Assembly (NCBI RefSeq): GCF_006345805.1 | Contig: NC_043011.1 | Location: forward strand, 41,552,464-41,616,463 | DNA: 64,000 bases | Direction: 5' to 3' | Source of the DNA: Octopus sinensis | Taxonomy: Eukaryota | In this document: piece after piece, positions 25,612 through 39,042 of the stretch | Layout: each line of letters begins with the position of its first letter | How positions within the stretch are numbered: position 1 is the first letter of the stretch | Program-made: the position numbers and the translations under genes | The notes under the pieces: model-generated | Databases searched by the model: none | Told to the model about the DNA's origin: nothing | Seen by the model: the letters and a program-made list of their open reading frames with translations, nothing else

Positions 25612-25836
25612 AACCTTTACCATTCAAACCAGTCATATCTAGCTTAAATATTCTCCCTTGTTTATGTTCAAACTGGCCAGATCTGGTCTCTTACACTTAC
25701 CCTACAATGTCATTCTAAAAATAAACAGTCACATCATTGAAATCTCAAAGCTACAAGATAATGCAGGATTAATTGAAAACAATGTGGAGAAATAAGCATT
25801 GCATTTGACAGGGTCATCTGAATGCTGAAGGGTGAA
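25612..25836. mobile_element. piggyBac-like MITE
   Basis: Ends aacctttaccattcaaacc / tctgaatgctgaagggt. Related copies at about 23230-23370 and 33600-33830. Confidence 0.55.
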
Positions 25837-26654
25837 AGTATGAGAAAAAGGGCCAGGGCAGAAGGGGTTTCTTGCAGTAGAGGGGCACATGACTATTCAC
25901 ATTTTGGAAGAGGGGTAGGGGTGGAATTTGGTGTGGAGCAGGGAAGAGATAGAAATAGCGATGAAGTACCTGCAATTCCCTAGGCCCAGCTTTGTTGTGT
26001 TGATTCTACCTGAGAATTCATTTAAAGAGCGCTCACGTCTGCAGAATACTCAGCCACTTATGTGTTAATTCAGGAGAAGATAACTCGGTTTGATGAAACA
26101 ACTGAATCATCATTGTCGAAACCAGTGGAGAAACATCCGTGTGTGTGTGTATAATGTTGTTGTTTACACTTAGATGAACCTCAATCAAGCAGACAAACAG
26201 ACATATTCCATCTATAACCGTTCCATCTTTAACCACTTTAACTGGTACTCCATTGGTCACAACAAGAAGTGTTTCAGTGGATCCGATCAATGGAACAGCC
26301 TGCTCATGAAAGTAACATGCAAGTGGCTGAGCACTCCACAGACTCCTGTAACCCTTAATGTAGTTCTCAAAGAGATTCAGTATGGCAGAATGTGATGAGA
26401 CAGGCATCTTTGAATTACTGGTACAACTCATTTTTGCCAGCTGAGTGAAATAAAGTGTCTTGCTCAAGGACATGATGTGCTGCCAGGAATTGAACTCACG
26501 ACCTAACAATTGTGAACCGAGCCATGTGCCTTTACATTTTACCTCTTTGACTCTTTTCCTGTCTTTTTGTGTTTTATTCTGCGTGCTTTAAATGTACTTT
26601 TGGTTTTCATTGCTGCCTTTCTCTATTGGACTTACACGTCCACTCACTGTCCCT

Positions 26655-26850
26655 TTCTTAAACCTTTTCTGATGATGTCTGGCAACTGACTTGGTCAACA
26701 CCCATAAGATTATCCACCCCCTTGGGCACTTTTTTAATGCTATACGTCTAACACTCGAAGACATGCTTACAGAATTAAAAAAAAACAATACAGCACCCAT
26801 GGCTTTGGAAAGATTTTTTTCATACTCAGAATTACTGAAGCATGGAATAT
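26655..26850 (+). mobile_element. CR1/L2-type LINE 3' fragment
   Basis: TDLVNTHKIIH..., followed by a frameshifted FF..RITEAWN motif typical of the CR1/L2 ORF2 end. Confidence 0.7.
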
Positions 26851-26851
26851 G

Positions 26852-27130
26852 TCAGTGGTTCCCAAAGTGGGCAGTACTCCCACCTTGGGGGTGGTGGAAA
26901 GATCCAACCGAAGCATTGAAAAAAAGTCGGATGATTAAGGGGTGACCAAAATGGGGTGATAGATGTAAAAAACAATATTAATAGGTTAATTGGTTTATTT
27001 GTGAAATGCAGTTGTTTTGAATTTGCTACAGAAAGGTGGTCTGGATTTGTGGTGGTGAGAGTGAAGGGGGCACTAGAAATGGGGCCTAGGTGCCAAAGGG
27101 GCAGCAGCCTGAAAATGTTTGGGAACTACT
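26852..27130. mobile_element. hAT-like MITE
   Basis: cagtggttcccaaagtggg ... ttgggaactactg inverted ends. No TSD match seen. Confidence 0.6.
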
Positions 27131-27249
27131 GGAATAAACTACACTTCCTGTGCGTTATTCTATGTCCTGTTCATGCACTTTTGGCTACTCTTTCTCATGG
27201 ATTTGTAGTGTAACTGAGCCCTGCAGATAAGATCATCATCATAATCTTA

Positions 27250-27970
27250 AAGTGCAGGTGAGCTGGCAGAACTGGTAGCACACCTGACAAAATGCTTAGT
27301 GGCAGCTTTCCATCTCTTTACATTCTGAGTTCTAATTCTGCCGATGTTGATTTTTACCATTCATCCTTTTGGGGGCCAGTAAAATAAAGTACCAGCTAAG
27401 CACTAAAATTCTGGGGTAGGAGGTTAGTCAATGCAATTAACTGACACCCTACTCCAGAATTTTAGGCCTTGTGTCTCTAGTAGAAAGTTTCCTCCTCCTC
27501 CTCATGGTGGCAAGCTGGCAGAATCATTAGCATGCTGGGCAGAGTGCTAAGCGGTATTTTTGCCTGTCGCTACATTCTGAGTTCAAATTCCACCAAGGTC
27601 GATGTTGCCTTTCATCCTTTCAGGGTCGATAAAATAAGTACCAGTTGAATACTGGGGTCAATGTAATCAATTCATCCCCACCTTCCCCAAGCTGCCCTTG
27701 TGGCAAAAATTTGAAATTATTATTATTATTATCATCATCATCATCATTATTAAAGTTGGTGAGCTGGCAGAATTGTTAGCACGCTGGATGAAATGCTTAG
27801 CAGTATTTTGCCTGTCACTAGGTTCTGAGTTCAAATTCCACCGAGAATGACTTTGCTTTTCATCCTTTCAGGGTCAATGAAATAAGTACCAGTTTCACAC
27901 TGGGGTTGATGTAATCAACTAGCTCCCCACTTTCCCCAAATTTCAGGCCCTGTGCCTTTGGTAGAAAGGA
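27250..27970 (+). mobile_element. Three head-to-tail family-A SINEs (about 27250-27490, 27505-27720, 27752-27970)
   Basis: Each begins gagctggcagaa and ends gccttgtg..., separated by short (TAT/CAT/CCT)n runs. Confidence 0.88.
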
Positions 27971-28908
27971 TTATTATTATTATTATTAAGGATGAAAAGC
28001 TAATTTGACCTCATTGGGATTTAAACTGGGTGCTGAGAGTGGAGGAAAATACCACAAGGTATTTTGTATATCTAGATTTTCATTGTTCGGAGGGTACTTC
28101 TTTGGGGTTTGCAAAGACAATGGAAATAGCCCCTTCCTCTAGACTTAACTAGTTAAAAAAATAACAATAATAATTGGAAAAATGTCACTGGTGTAATTTG
28201 AGAGGGATTTGACTGTTATTTCTAGCAAATTGAGCATACAGGTAGAGAGGCACCATTGTTTTTTTTTTGTGTGAAGCAGTGGGGTGGGCAAGTGGTGAGG
28301 GTGGTAAGTACTCTGTGAAATAAAGAACTAAACTAGATTTAATTGGGTTAGTGAAGTTCTTGGGTGGGGGTGGGTCAGGAAGGAACGGATGAATGTAACA
28401 GCTTCTCACTTTCTCACTGTTACAAATCTGATGTTTTGTGCTTTGGTGAGAAATCACACACACTCACACACACACATACAGATACATTCATATATGCACC
28501 CTCACACATGTACTGGTATATACACACTCTCATTCACAAGCATTGTCTGTCTGTCTGTCTGTCTGTCTCACTCACACACACACACAGAGGCACACTCTGT
28601 GTTGCACATACTGACATATGTACACATTCATATATTCACATTGACACACACACACACATATACATACACACACATACATACACACACACACACATGCACA
28701 CACATACGCACACACATACACACATATGCACACACACACATACACACACACACTCACACAGACACACACACACACAGACACACACACCGTGTTTCTGAAA
28801 CAGCACATTCAGAATAGATTTTATCTCAGATGAAAACCACAGCATCTTGCCTGTCAACAGTTTATATACATTAAGTATGATATATTAGCTAACAGTCTTT
28901 CTATATAT

Positions 28909-28959
<51 letters not shown>

Positions 28960-29149
28960 TGGTAACTACTTTTCTTCTGTACCTAAAATGGCTATATCCA
29001 TCTAGGTAATCAGTTTAATTATGAGTTTTTCTAAAACTACAAAGCTCATGTTTTGTTCTGAAACCCTGCTTCTCCTGATCAACAAAAAACTCTGCTACTC
29101 ATTATTCTAAAACTCTGCCATGCTAACAATTCCAAAGGTTGATGAAATA

Positions 29150-29905
29150 GCACTTCCCAACCACATGGTTCTGGGTTCAGTCCCATTGCATGGCACCTTG
29201 GGCAATTATCTTCTAGTATAGCCTCAGGCTAACCAAAGCCTTGTGTTTGGATTTGGTAGACGGAAACTGAAAAGAAGCCTAAATATATATACGGTGATGA
29301 GCTGGCAGAAATGGTAGTACGAATGCTTAGTGGTATTTTGTCTGTCTTTATGTTCTGAGTTCAAATTCTGCCAAGGTCGACTTTGCCTGTCATCCTTTCA
29401 GGGTCGATAAATTAAGTACCAGTTACACACAGGGGTTGATCTAATCAACTGGCCCCCTCCCCCAAAATTTTGGGCCTTGTGCCTAGAGTAGAAAAGAATA
29501 TATATATGAGTACATAGTTGGGTCCCCTGTCGTCTAATTTTGATCACTTTCAGAATATGTGCTCCTGAAACTGGTGAGCAGCATTGGTAAGAAACTCTGA
29601 AAAGAGCTGAACAGCAGCAGGTCTTCAGAAAAGAAACCCCTCAGACAAGTGCTTTGGCCCTTCTGACACTTTGAGGAGGCCAGGCTGCATCCAGGTCATG
29701 ACTCCTGGGTGCTCCTCCACTGACGTATTTCGTCTGCCATTACGTTCTGAGTTCAAATTCCACCGAGGTTCACTTTGCCTTTCGTCCTTTCAGAGTCGAT
29801 TAAATAAGTACCAGTTACGCACTGGGGTCAATATAATCGACTTAATCCGTTTGTCTGTCCTTGTTTGTCCCCTCCGTGTGTAGCCCCTTGTGGGCAGTAA
29901 AGAAA
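29150..29905 (+). mobile_element. SINE cluster (family B 29150-29280; family A 29295-29498 and 29725-29905) with decayed transposon-like segments at 29500-29720 and about 29990-30075
   Basis: SINE motifs. gagtttcttacca...ccagtttca..agcacatatt occurs on - at about 29550-29600 and on + at about 30010-30055. Confidence 0.7.
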
Positions 29906-30639
29906 TCATATTTCTGTTTTTAGTCTCTTGGATATTGGAGACTTGTGCAATTGGAGATTTCATTTCGACATACTTCCTCTCCATTGACCCAGCTTTCAAA
30001 CTGAGTCAAGAGTTTCTTACCACTTGTGCATTCCAGTTTCAAAAGCACATATTCATGAAACTGGGGTGCCTCTAATATGCCCAAGCAATTTTTATGCTAT
30101 TATTTTAGCCAAAAAACACCGAGTTGTTGACTAGAATTCCAGCCCTAGGAATTGAACCCATGACATTATAACCATTAAGCCAATACCTTAACCACTCAGC
30201 CACGTATCTTCACAAAGACTACAAGATTTTATCAACATCATGCAATAAACATATATTTCTTCCAATGTTGTGGTCCTTTTATGTACATTATCAACTATCA
30301 ACATAACGTCAAGGTTACTAAATGACTTCAAATGTGAACGTTATCTTTGGAAATTATCTTGAATATGAATTATACATGTAATGCAGATGTTGTAGTTCTT
30401 TGGGTTTTTTTTGGGCCAGACCATGCTGGAGCACTGCCATTCACCTATGATATCACCACATACTGCACTGCTCACAGTATCTATGATATTATACAGGCTG
30501 GGCCAAAAGCCATGCACCAAGATTTAAACTCCTTTAACATATATTGCACATTTCAAAAGCAACACTTTATATTTAATTACTTTTGGCCCACCCTGTGTAT
30601 CACACTGTATTAATGTATACCCATGCACCCACAATGAAG

Positions 30640-30980
30640 GTGCATGGCTCAGTGGTTAGAGCATTGAGCTCACAACCCTGAGGTATGATTCCCTGACCAG
30701 GGTGTGTGTCGTGTTCTTGAGCAAGACACTTTATCTCATGTTGCTCCAGTTCATTCAGTTGTGGAAGTGAGTTGTGACGTCACTGGTGCCAAGCTGTATT
30801 GGACCCTTTGCCTTTCCTTTGGATAACATTGGTGGCATGGAATGGGGAAGGGGTGGTGGTGCTGGTATGCATGGGCAGCTCCTGGTCTTCAACAAACAAC
30901 CTTGCTTGGACTTGTGCTTCAAAGGGGAACTTTCTAGGTGCAATCCCATGGTCATTCATGACCGAAGGAGGTTTTCACCC
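30640..30980 (+). mobile_element. tRNA-SINE family C, near full length
   Basis: Head gtgcatggctcagtggttagagc, ttcttgagcaagacactt. Another copy at 42110-42470. Confidence 0.85.
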
Positions 30981-31600
30981 TTTATACTCACAGTATATTT
31001 GATATTACTATACCATACCACACACCATATATATGATATACTGCATATCCTACCAACCACAGTATCTGTATTGCTCTATACTACACACCCTCATAATATT
31101 TATACTATCAGGGTATACCACACTACCAATAGTATATGAAATTACTATATATCACTGCTGTCATGGTTTCTTTGATATCACAAGATAACTCAGATGTTGA
31201 AGTTAATTTATTTTAGCTTAGGCCATGCTGGAGCACCACTTATCACATGATATCACTATGAAACACACCACTCACAGTATCTGTGATATCAAAATATCAT
31301 AGCTGGCACACTGATTATATACCATATCACCCACAGTATATCTGATATCACTATATATCACACCCCACATAATATCTATGATATCACTGTATACCACAAC
31401 TGTCATAGTTTCTTCGATATCACTATATATCACAGATTTTAAAGTTCATTTGTTTTTAGTTTTGGCCATGCTGGGGCACCGCCTTTCATCCATGATATCA
31501 TTATATAATACATCACTCACAGTATCAATGATGTCACTATATATATATATCATACCCATCACAGTATCCATGATGTCTCTATACTTTATATCACTCATTT
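30980..31600. repeat. Degenerate gatatcac-rich tandem repeat
   Basis: Repeated cacagtatc.tgatatcactata. Confidence 0.8.
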
Positions 31601-31610
31601 TATAAAAAAA

Positions 31611-31880
31611 TTAACTTCTTGTATACAGTGCTGCTCTGGTGCACCATAATCCCTCTAGAAAAGCAGCGAAAAGTGCATAATCAGGACATAGAATAAAACA
31701 CAGGAAGTGAAAAGTGAATGAGTCATAAAAAAAAAGGTGTGGGGTGGATATCAGGTGTGTATCAGGTGAGCAAATTTCAGGAAGCATAGAAGTTTTGAAG
31801 GATGTAGGGTCCTGATAGCCAGCATTTGAAGGGGATAGTTTATTCCATGCTTCAGCAATTCTGAGCATGAAAAAATGTTT
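31611..31880 (-). mobile_element. CR1/L2-type LINE 3' end
   Basis: LRIAEAWNKL...DPTSFK motif in the ORF track. Confidence 0.75.
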
Positions 31881-31954
31881 CCAAAAGTCATGGGTGCGGT
31901 GTTATTATTTGATTTTGTAAGAATGTTCATGAGTATTTATGATCTAACTAAATG

Positions 31955-32906
31955 TATCTGACCTTTGGCCAAAAAGCAAGTAATATTCTTTTCTACGCTA
32001 GACACAAAACCCAAAATTTGTGGGGAGGGAGCCAGTCGATGAGATCGACCCTAGTACACAACTGGTACTTAATTTATAGACCCCGAAAGGATGACAGGCA
32101 AAGCTGACCTCGACAGAATTTGAACTCAGAACATAAAGACAGACGACATACCACCAAGCATTTTGCCCGGTGTGCTAACATTTCTGCCAGCTCGCTGCCT
32201 TAAAAAACAAGTAATATTAAAAAACTCATCATTTTGATTTAGTCACCTTCAAAGTATTCACCTTTGGAGTCTATACACTTCTGCCAGAGTTCCTGTCATT
32301 ACTGGAATCCTTTCTGGAAATCATTTTTTGGGATGCTGTAGGGCTATGCCATCAAATTTTACTTAATGTCCCCTGTTGACTCAAATCTTCTCCCTTTGGG
32401 GTTTATTTTTTGAGCTTTGGGAATAGCCAAAAGTCACACAGAAACGAGTCTGGGGAGTAGAAAGCCTGACGAACAAGTTGCATGTTTTGCTTGACAAGGA
32501 ATGCTTGGATGGTGAGTGGAATGAGCAGGTGCGTTGTCCTGGTGAAGTTGCCAGTTCTTTGCTGCCCACAGGTCGTGTCGTTTTTGCTGCACAGCTTCAT
32601 GAAGGTGATAAAGAACCCTCAGGGAGTATTGTTTGGCCACAATGTGGCTCATTGTCCACCGGTTGTACCACTCTTTTATTTGTCGTCTCTAAAGGCCTTC
32701 TGAATCTTCTTGATAGTCTGGGATGGCATATCACCAACTTTTTGACAGGATCTGGTACAGTATCTTTGCTCAATGCACTCAATCATCTTGACTCAAAACG
32801 AAAAATCGCACAGCACATTCTTCATGCATCACTGCGGGCGAGTGGTGCAACCTACAGACACAACCATTTTTGCTCATGCATTATTATTTTCTGACTACAC
32901 CTCGTA
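31955..32906 (-). pseudogene. Decayed mariner (DD34D-type) transposase element, interrupted by a family-A SINE (31988-32201)
   Basis: HQDNAPAH, YSPD..CDFWLFPKLK and the GEYFEGD* end across frameshifts. Terminus tacgaggtgtagtcag at 32891-32906. SINE TSD aaaaa(g/a)caagtaatatt at 31971-31987 and 32202-32218. Confidence 0.9.
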
Positions 32907-33872
32907 TATCACAGCTCTAACATCTTTAGATTAAAGGTGCTTTAAAATAGACGTTTAGAACAGATGAAAAACAAGTGGTTTGTGTCCCTGGTGGTGATTT
33001 ATTATTAAAGGGGAGACAATCTTTTCTAGATTAAACTGAAAAACCTGTATATTCGATTTTTAATTTGTATTTTTTTTTTACTTGTGTAAAATAAAATAAA
33101 GCTACTTTTATTTGTTTCAATCATTAGACTACAGCCATGCTGGGGCATCACTTTGAAGAATTTTAGTTCAACAAATCGGCCCCCCCCCACCATTTTTTTA
33201 TAATCCTAGTACTTATTCAATCAATCTATTTTGCCAAACCACTAAGTTACAGAGACATAAAAACACCAACACCAGTTGTCAGGTGGATGGAGGATACACA
33301 CACACACACACACACGGGAGTGCTGACAAGTCCTTGGCTTTGAGTAAAAGAAAATACAAGAGGATCAGTTAGTTATAATATTATTCAACATATTCCCCTC
33401 TCATGATCACACAATTATTGCAGCAGTCCTTCAATTTTTCTAAGCCCTATAAAAGAACTCAGAAGGTTGAGCCTCCAACCAGGCCTTTCACAATACCCTT
33501 GAAGCCAGCAACTTTTCAGCACCCCCCCCCCGTATATATAGGACATGGGATGGTCTTTTGGAGATCACTTGTTTTGTCTTTTGAAAAGTGTCTCTAGTAT
33601 ACCATTAACTAGTTAGTATTGCAATCCCTCTGGCCAATGCCATGCTTATTTATTCACATTGTTTTGAATTAACCAGGCATTATCTTATAGCTTTGAGGTT
33701 TCAAGGATGAGACTGTATATTTTAACATTGACATTCTAGGATATGAGAGAGAGCTAGGATCTGATTGGTTCAAACATAAAATGGGCAGAATGTCTTGGTC
33801 AGATATGGTTGTTTTAAATGCCAAAGGGTTAAATACTGTAGTTTTAGTTTTTCTGAAGTTAGTGATGTGATA

Positions 33873-34192
33873 ACAATACTAGGACAAAATCCCTCTGAGG
33901 GCAAAATCTCCCCCGAGGACGAAATCTCCCCCTGAGGCTAAAATCCCCCAACGACAAAATCCCCCACCCTCCACCCCAGAGGACAAAATCCTTCCAAAGA
34001 CAAAACCTCACCAAGGGCAAATCCCCCCCCCACCAGATAAAATCCCCCGATAGTCAATACCCCCCCGGGATATTGTTCTTTCTTTACAATAAAAATATTT
34101 TAGGAAACTGAAATTTTATAAAAAATTTTAAAATATTTATTAATTGATATTTTTGCTTAAAATTTGTCCTTGGGGGATTTTGTCCTGATACC
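33873..34192. mobile_element. TIR element with subterminal tandem GGACAAAATCCCCC repeats (foldback/Mutator-like)
   Basis: About 9 degenerate (g)gacaaaatccccc units on the left and inverted gggggattttgtcctgataccg at 34171-34192. Confidence 0.65.
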
Positions 34193-34764
34193 GATAATAA
34201 CTGGTACTGAATGATAAAGGAAGCAAACGAACTATTGCTGTTATTTAACTCTAGGTTGACTTTGTGCCAGTATAGTATTTTGGCTGTTGTTTCTAGTATG
34301 TTGAGCAACCCCATAGAGACTCCCTCATTGACTGGAGTAAAAGGTGTGTGGTGGGTTCAGCTGTGTGTCAAAAGGTTGTTCATGAGTAATGACAGTTGGA
34401 TGGGTGTGTGTGTGAGATGACCTTAAAAGGTCAGTGAATTTAAGCCCTGAGACCAAGAATAGATCTACTTCCTCTTCCTTCCAATTATGACCACCCTCCT
34501 TGCTTACCACCTAACATTCCTGAGCCCCCACCCATCCACCCCAAATCTGGGTCATAATTAGACAATTATGATTCATTCATCCCCCTCCCACACCTTATTA
34601 GTCATCAAAGTCAGTTACCTACCCACACCTGTCCAGGTACTTGCTCCCAGTCTTCCAACCTTATGACCTAACTACCCTCATTGCCAATCTGTCCACCCTG
34701 TATCACTAACTTGCTATCTACCCAAATTGCTAACTCTCTACCCATATACATATCAAAGGTACAG

Positions 34765-35215
34765 GCATGGCTGTGTGGTTAAGAGGTTTGGTTTGCAGCC
34801 ATGTAGTTTCAGGTTCAGTCCCACTGCATGGCATCCTGGACATCTTGTTTTCTTTTATAACTGAGCCAACCAAAGCCTTATGAGGGAATTTGTAGATATA
34901 TGTGAGTATATGCATGTGTATACATGTGTGTTTGTATGTAGATATATGTATGTGTGTGTGTGTATGTGTGTATGTATATATATATATATATGTATGTATG
35001 TATATTTGTGTTTATGTATGAGTGTGTGTTTACCTCTCATTGTTTCACATTAGATATTGTTTACATTCCTGTAACTTAGCGGTTCAGCAAAATGAGACCA
35101 ACTAAATTAGTTCCAGATTTTAAAATAATTACTGAGGCCAATCCACGCAAGTAAACCTGTTGAGGTAGTGATCCAGCATGGCCACAGTTCAATGACTGAA
35201 ACAAAACAAGTAAAA
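34765..35215 (+). mobile_element. tRNA-SINE family B with internal (TA/TG)n
   Basis: Head ggctgtgtggttaagagg.., tail ..ccagcatggccacagttcaatgactgaaac. Confidence 0.8.
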
Positions 35216-36416
35216 CAATGAAGGAATCGTTAATTATTTACCTGTATCGTTAACCTCTCTACCCGTATCGAGAGCTTTCCACCCTCTTTCTATCCGCCTT
35301 CTTAACTCCCTATCCACAACATTTACCATCCTCTGTATCTATTACCCACCTTTTTACCTGTTTACACTCTCAATTGCCTACCTGTTCCACCCACTATTCT
35401 ACCCGTCAATCTCCCACCTATATACCTACATATTTACTCAATGATCTACCTATAAACCTACCAACCTGCTTTCTTACCAACTTACCTGCCTACCCACATA
35501 CTTAGCAACAGATATGTCAACCTATTCCACCCACCTACCGACCTACCTACTTATCTATTCACTATCTCTGTGACACTCACACTGTCTCATACAACTCTGT
35601 TTACCTGTACGTATGACTCTTCTTTTTACAATGATTCTCTCCTCTGCTCACTGTCTGTTATATTTACCTGTATTTACACATGCACACACATGGCCCTCTC
35701 TCATTTCCTCTATGATTCTGTTTCTCTCTCTTTCTACCATATTCACCTCTGTTTTCTTCTCTCCTTTCTTCATCGACTCTTTCTCCTACTCTAACACATT
35801 CACCTATATTTACCTGTGTGTATAAATGTCTATTTAATATTTTTAGGTAATTATTTTTTTATCCAATCTCAAGACAGGTGGGCTGAGGTAAGATGAGTGG
35901 GGGATTAAAAAATAAAGGATTATCCATTTAGAATTATATAACAAAATCACCTCAATCTCTTACACTTTTTTCTGCCTCTCTCTAGCATTCCCATTTTCTC
36001 TCATCTCTCATTCACATTTTCTCTCTGTCTCTCTTCCTTTCTTTTTCTATGCCTCTTTCTTCTCTCTCTCTCTCCCATTCAATGTCTCTTATTTTCACCG
36101 TCTCTTTCTATCATACACGTGCACTATCTTTCATTCCTATTCATACACATTCACTCACATCGTTCTTTCACTTCCACCCCACCACCTATTTACACCCGCT
36201 CCACACACATACACAGACTACTTTCTCTCTTACAGTAATCTGTAGTTAATACTAAAAGAATCCAGAAATTATCTGCCTTTAATACATTAGATATAGTTAT
36301 CTCTTCTAATACATTATATTTCGTTATTATCCGTAATGATTTTAATGGATTAAAACTCATTTGGATTAAGAGAATAATTAGGTGAAGTACGTAAGGAGAT
36401 GTGTTGGTATGTTGAC

Positions 36417-36529
36417 CTGTGTTTGATAATATCTTCGTGCATTGGGATCTCTGTGTGTTAGATAATGTGTTGGTTTTAGCTGTAGTGTGTCCAGCTTGTT
36501 CTCAATGTATGGCGAGCTCTTAACGTTCT
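36417..36529 (-). CDS. Candidate coding exon (ENVKSSPYIENKLDTLQLKPTHYLTHRDPNARRYYQTQ)
   Basis: Strong acceptor ttccttgattttcctatag|, with a single open frame. Ends at CAG|gtcaac (weak donor) or runs on to TAA at 36378. Confidence 0.35.
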
Positions 36530-36744
36530 CTATAGGAAAATCAAGGAAATTTATCCACCCACCCATCCACCAATCAATCAGTCGATCGATCACCTAGGTC
36601 CTAAATGCGAAGTTTGGCCTATAATTACATTCGTTAAACACGCTAAAAACTTTTTTGCCCTTGAATTTGCGCGGCTAAAATTGGGTTGCGCCTTAATATA
36701 CATGCACGTCTTTGATGACATCGCATGTGGTATCTTACCTTTTA

Positions 36745-37075
36745 CTTGTTTCAATCATTGAACAGAGCCCATACTGGGGCATTGCTTAGAACTACTTATT
36801 ATTTTTTTAAAGTCTTGTACTTGTTCTGTTGGTGTTGTTTGCCGAACCGCCGGGTTACGCGGACGTAAAGACACGAGCACCAGTTGTCAAGCAGTGAACG
36901 CGTGCTCGCACTCACACACACACGATGGGCCTCTTTGAGTTTCCGTCTACCAAAATCCACTCACAAGGCTTTGGTTGGCCTGAGGCTATAGTAGAAGACA
37001 CTTGCCCAAGGTGCTACGCGTTGGGATTGACCCCAGAACCATGCAGTTAGGAAGCAAACTTCTTACTACACACAG
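36745..37075 (-). mobile_element. tRNA-SINE family B
   Basis: Reverse complement of the 52985/53490 consensus. Confidence 0.85.
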
Positions 37076-37416
37076 TTACTCCTTCAACTACGTGTGTGTG
37101 TGTTGCAATATTAAACCATATAGTTACAAGGAATTGTAGAAAAAAAAATGTCTTTCATCAAGGTACATAACTCTGTTTGGCCTACTGCTCGACTTGAGTA
37201 ATTAGTAATTTCTGTGGCAGCTTAAGAGTAGCAGTGGGGTGGAAGGGGTTCAAGGGTGGAAGGATTGGATAACTTGCTTATTTTTTGGTAGAGGGTTGTG
37301 TGATATAAAGGGGTAACCAAAAAAATAGAAGAACCCATCCATCTTGAGGTATAAAAATATAGGCGGAACGAAGGAGATCTCATGTGATCGTAAAACCTGA
37401 TTAAAATAGCGAAATC

Positions 37417-37807
37417 GGATCTTTTCGGTTTGAACGGCAGTTTTTTCTAGCGGTGTCATATGAAATTGTCGCCCATAATTATGACCCTAGTATCGATCTA
37501 TTGCATTTCAATCTGTTTTAGGGTTAGGGTATCTTTTTTTATTCACAAATGTAAATAAACCCAATCTGTTTCTTAAACGAGGGACATATTCATACGACAC
37601 AGAATGTTTTTTACCCCAATAGACGTCATTGATTGGTTGAAATTGCAGAAATTGAAGAAAATAAAATCTTATAAACTATAGAATTTTCTCAATAAATCCA
37701 AGAGAAAAAGATGTTTTATAAACACATTCTACCAGTATACGACGTTTAAAAGTGTTTAGTTACGTGGAAATTATTTTAAAAAACTGCCGTTCAAACCGAA
37801 AGGATCC
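37417..37807 (+). mobile_element. MITE copy 1, GGATC-ended, 8-bp TSD (Merlin-like by inference)
   Basis: TIR ggatcttttcggtttgaacggcagtttt. TSD gcgaaatc at 37409-37416 and 37808-37815. Confidence 0.92.
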
Positions 37808-39042
37808 GCGAAATCTTCCTCAAATCACACAGTTGACATATGGAATTATAGGTACACTATGCCTGAAAATATATCTGGCTGGGCATGGATGGAATGCTTT
37901 TCATATCTTTCATGTTTGTGATTAAGGAACTAGAAGTAGGCATCACTTTCTCCAAAACCCATCGTGGTTGATTTGGATTAGCCTCACATTTTATTTTTTA
38001 TTTATAAGACTATTATAAGCAAATATGCAATGTTCTGGTAGGTTCTGGTTTTATTGGCGTTATAATTATTGGCAGAGGCGTTGGAGCGTTAGGAAGAATG
38101 CTTCATGCTATTTTCGTTGCAGTCCTCTGCGCTCGGAGTTCAAATCCTGCCGAGGTCGATATTGTTTTTCATCCTTTTGGGATAAAGTCCCTGTTCAGTT
38201 CTTGGGTTCACTCTTATTGTGGTTGTTGTCGTTGTTCTTCATCGCCTTCACCCTACCTCTCTATTTCTCTCTCTCTCTTTCTTTCCCTCCTATCCTCTCT
38301 CCTTCCACTCTCTCTCACTCTTCCCCAACTGAGCCCCAAAGAGGGATGGTTGCTAGTTGTGTAAAATGGGAATCAATCTCAGTGAGATTTGAATTCATAA
38401 CGTAAAGCAAATATTGTGTAAACATCTAAATTCCACAGAGTTCTCTAAGAGCCAGTGCTAAACCATAACTTCGTGACATCTAGCAAATGAAAAATGCCCT
38501 GGTTTCATGACATCTAGCAGGTGATAGACACCGTGGTTTCACGGCAGATGAAAGAATCCAGATAAAATCTGCTCTGGTTTCATAATAAATGGCAGATAGA
38601 TAATAGAACAATATCTCCCTGGATATCACACGAACCTTTCCCAAACTGCATTTCCCGGTAACCTTTTACCTATTCCTATTGTTAATTTGGTTGAATTGAT
38701 GTAATGTAGAATATAGTGTCCTGCATAGAAGCCCAATGTAAGACCTTTTGTGAAATTTAAACTTTTGAGTCTGTAGCCCAATATCTTAGTAATTTAGCCA
38801 CTTTTCTTCTACATTTTAGAAGGATGGATCTAAATATTTAATCCTATCATTTCTGACGAATCGTTTCATCTCACAATAAATAATGACTGACAGCATATTT
38901 TTTTCAACGATATTTTTTTAAGCAAACTTTGTCAGCTTTCTTTCACTGTCCGTTTGTCAGACTCTCTCTCTCTCATACGTACACTCTTACTATTATAAAA
39001 AAAAAATCCCTCACACACAGTCATTATTTTAGTTTTTCCCTT

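Noticed and set aside
29500-29720. Good-looking + strand AG/GT exon (29553-29586, EYVLLKLVSSI) and - strand acceptor
   Set aside because: The segment has a diverged inverted homologue at about 30010-30055, and its - strand translation (EFLTNAAHQFQEHI..KVIKIRRQG) resembles a decayed Tc1/mariner C-terminus. More likely a transposon remnant.
37517-37530. TTAGGG repeats as an interstitial telomere
   Set aside because: Only two units, and they are an internal part of the MITE (also at about 39143).
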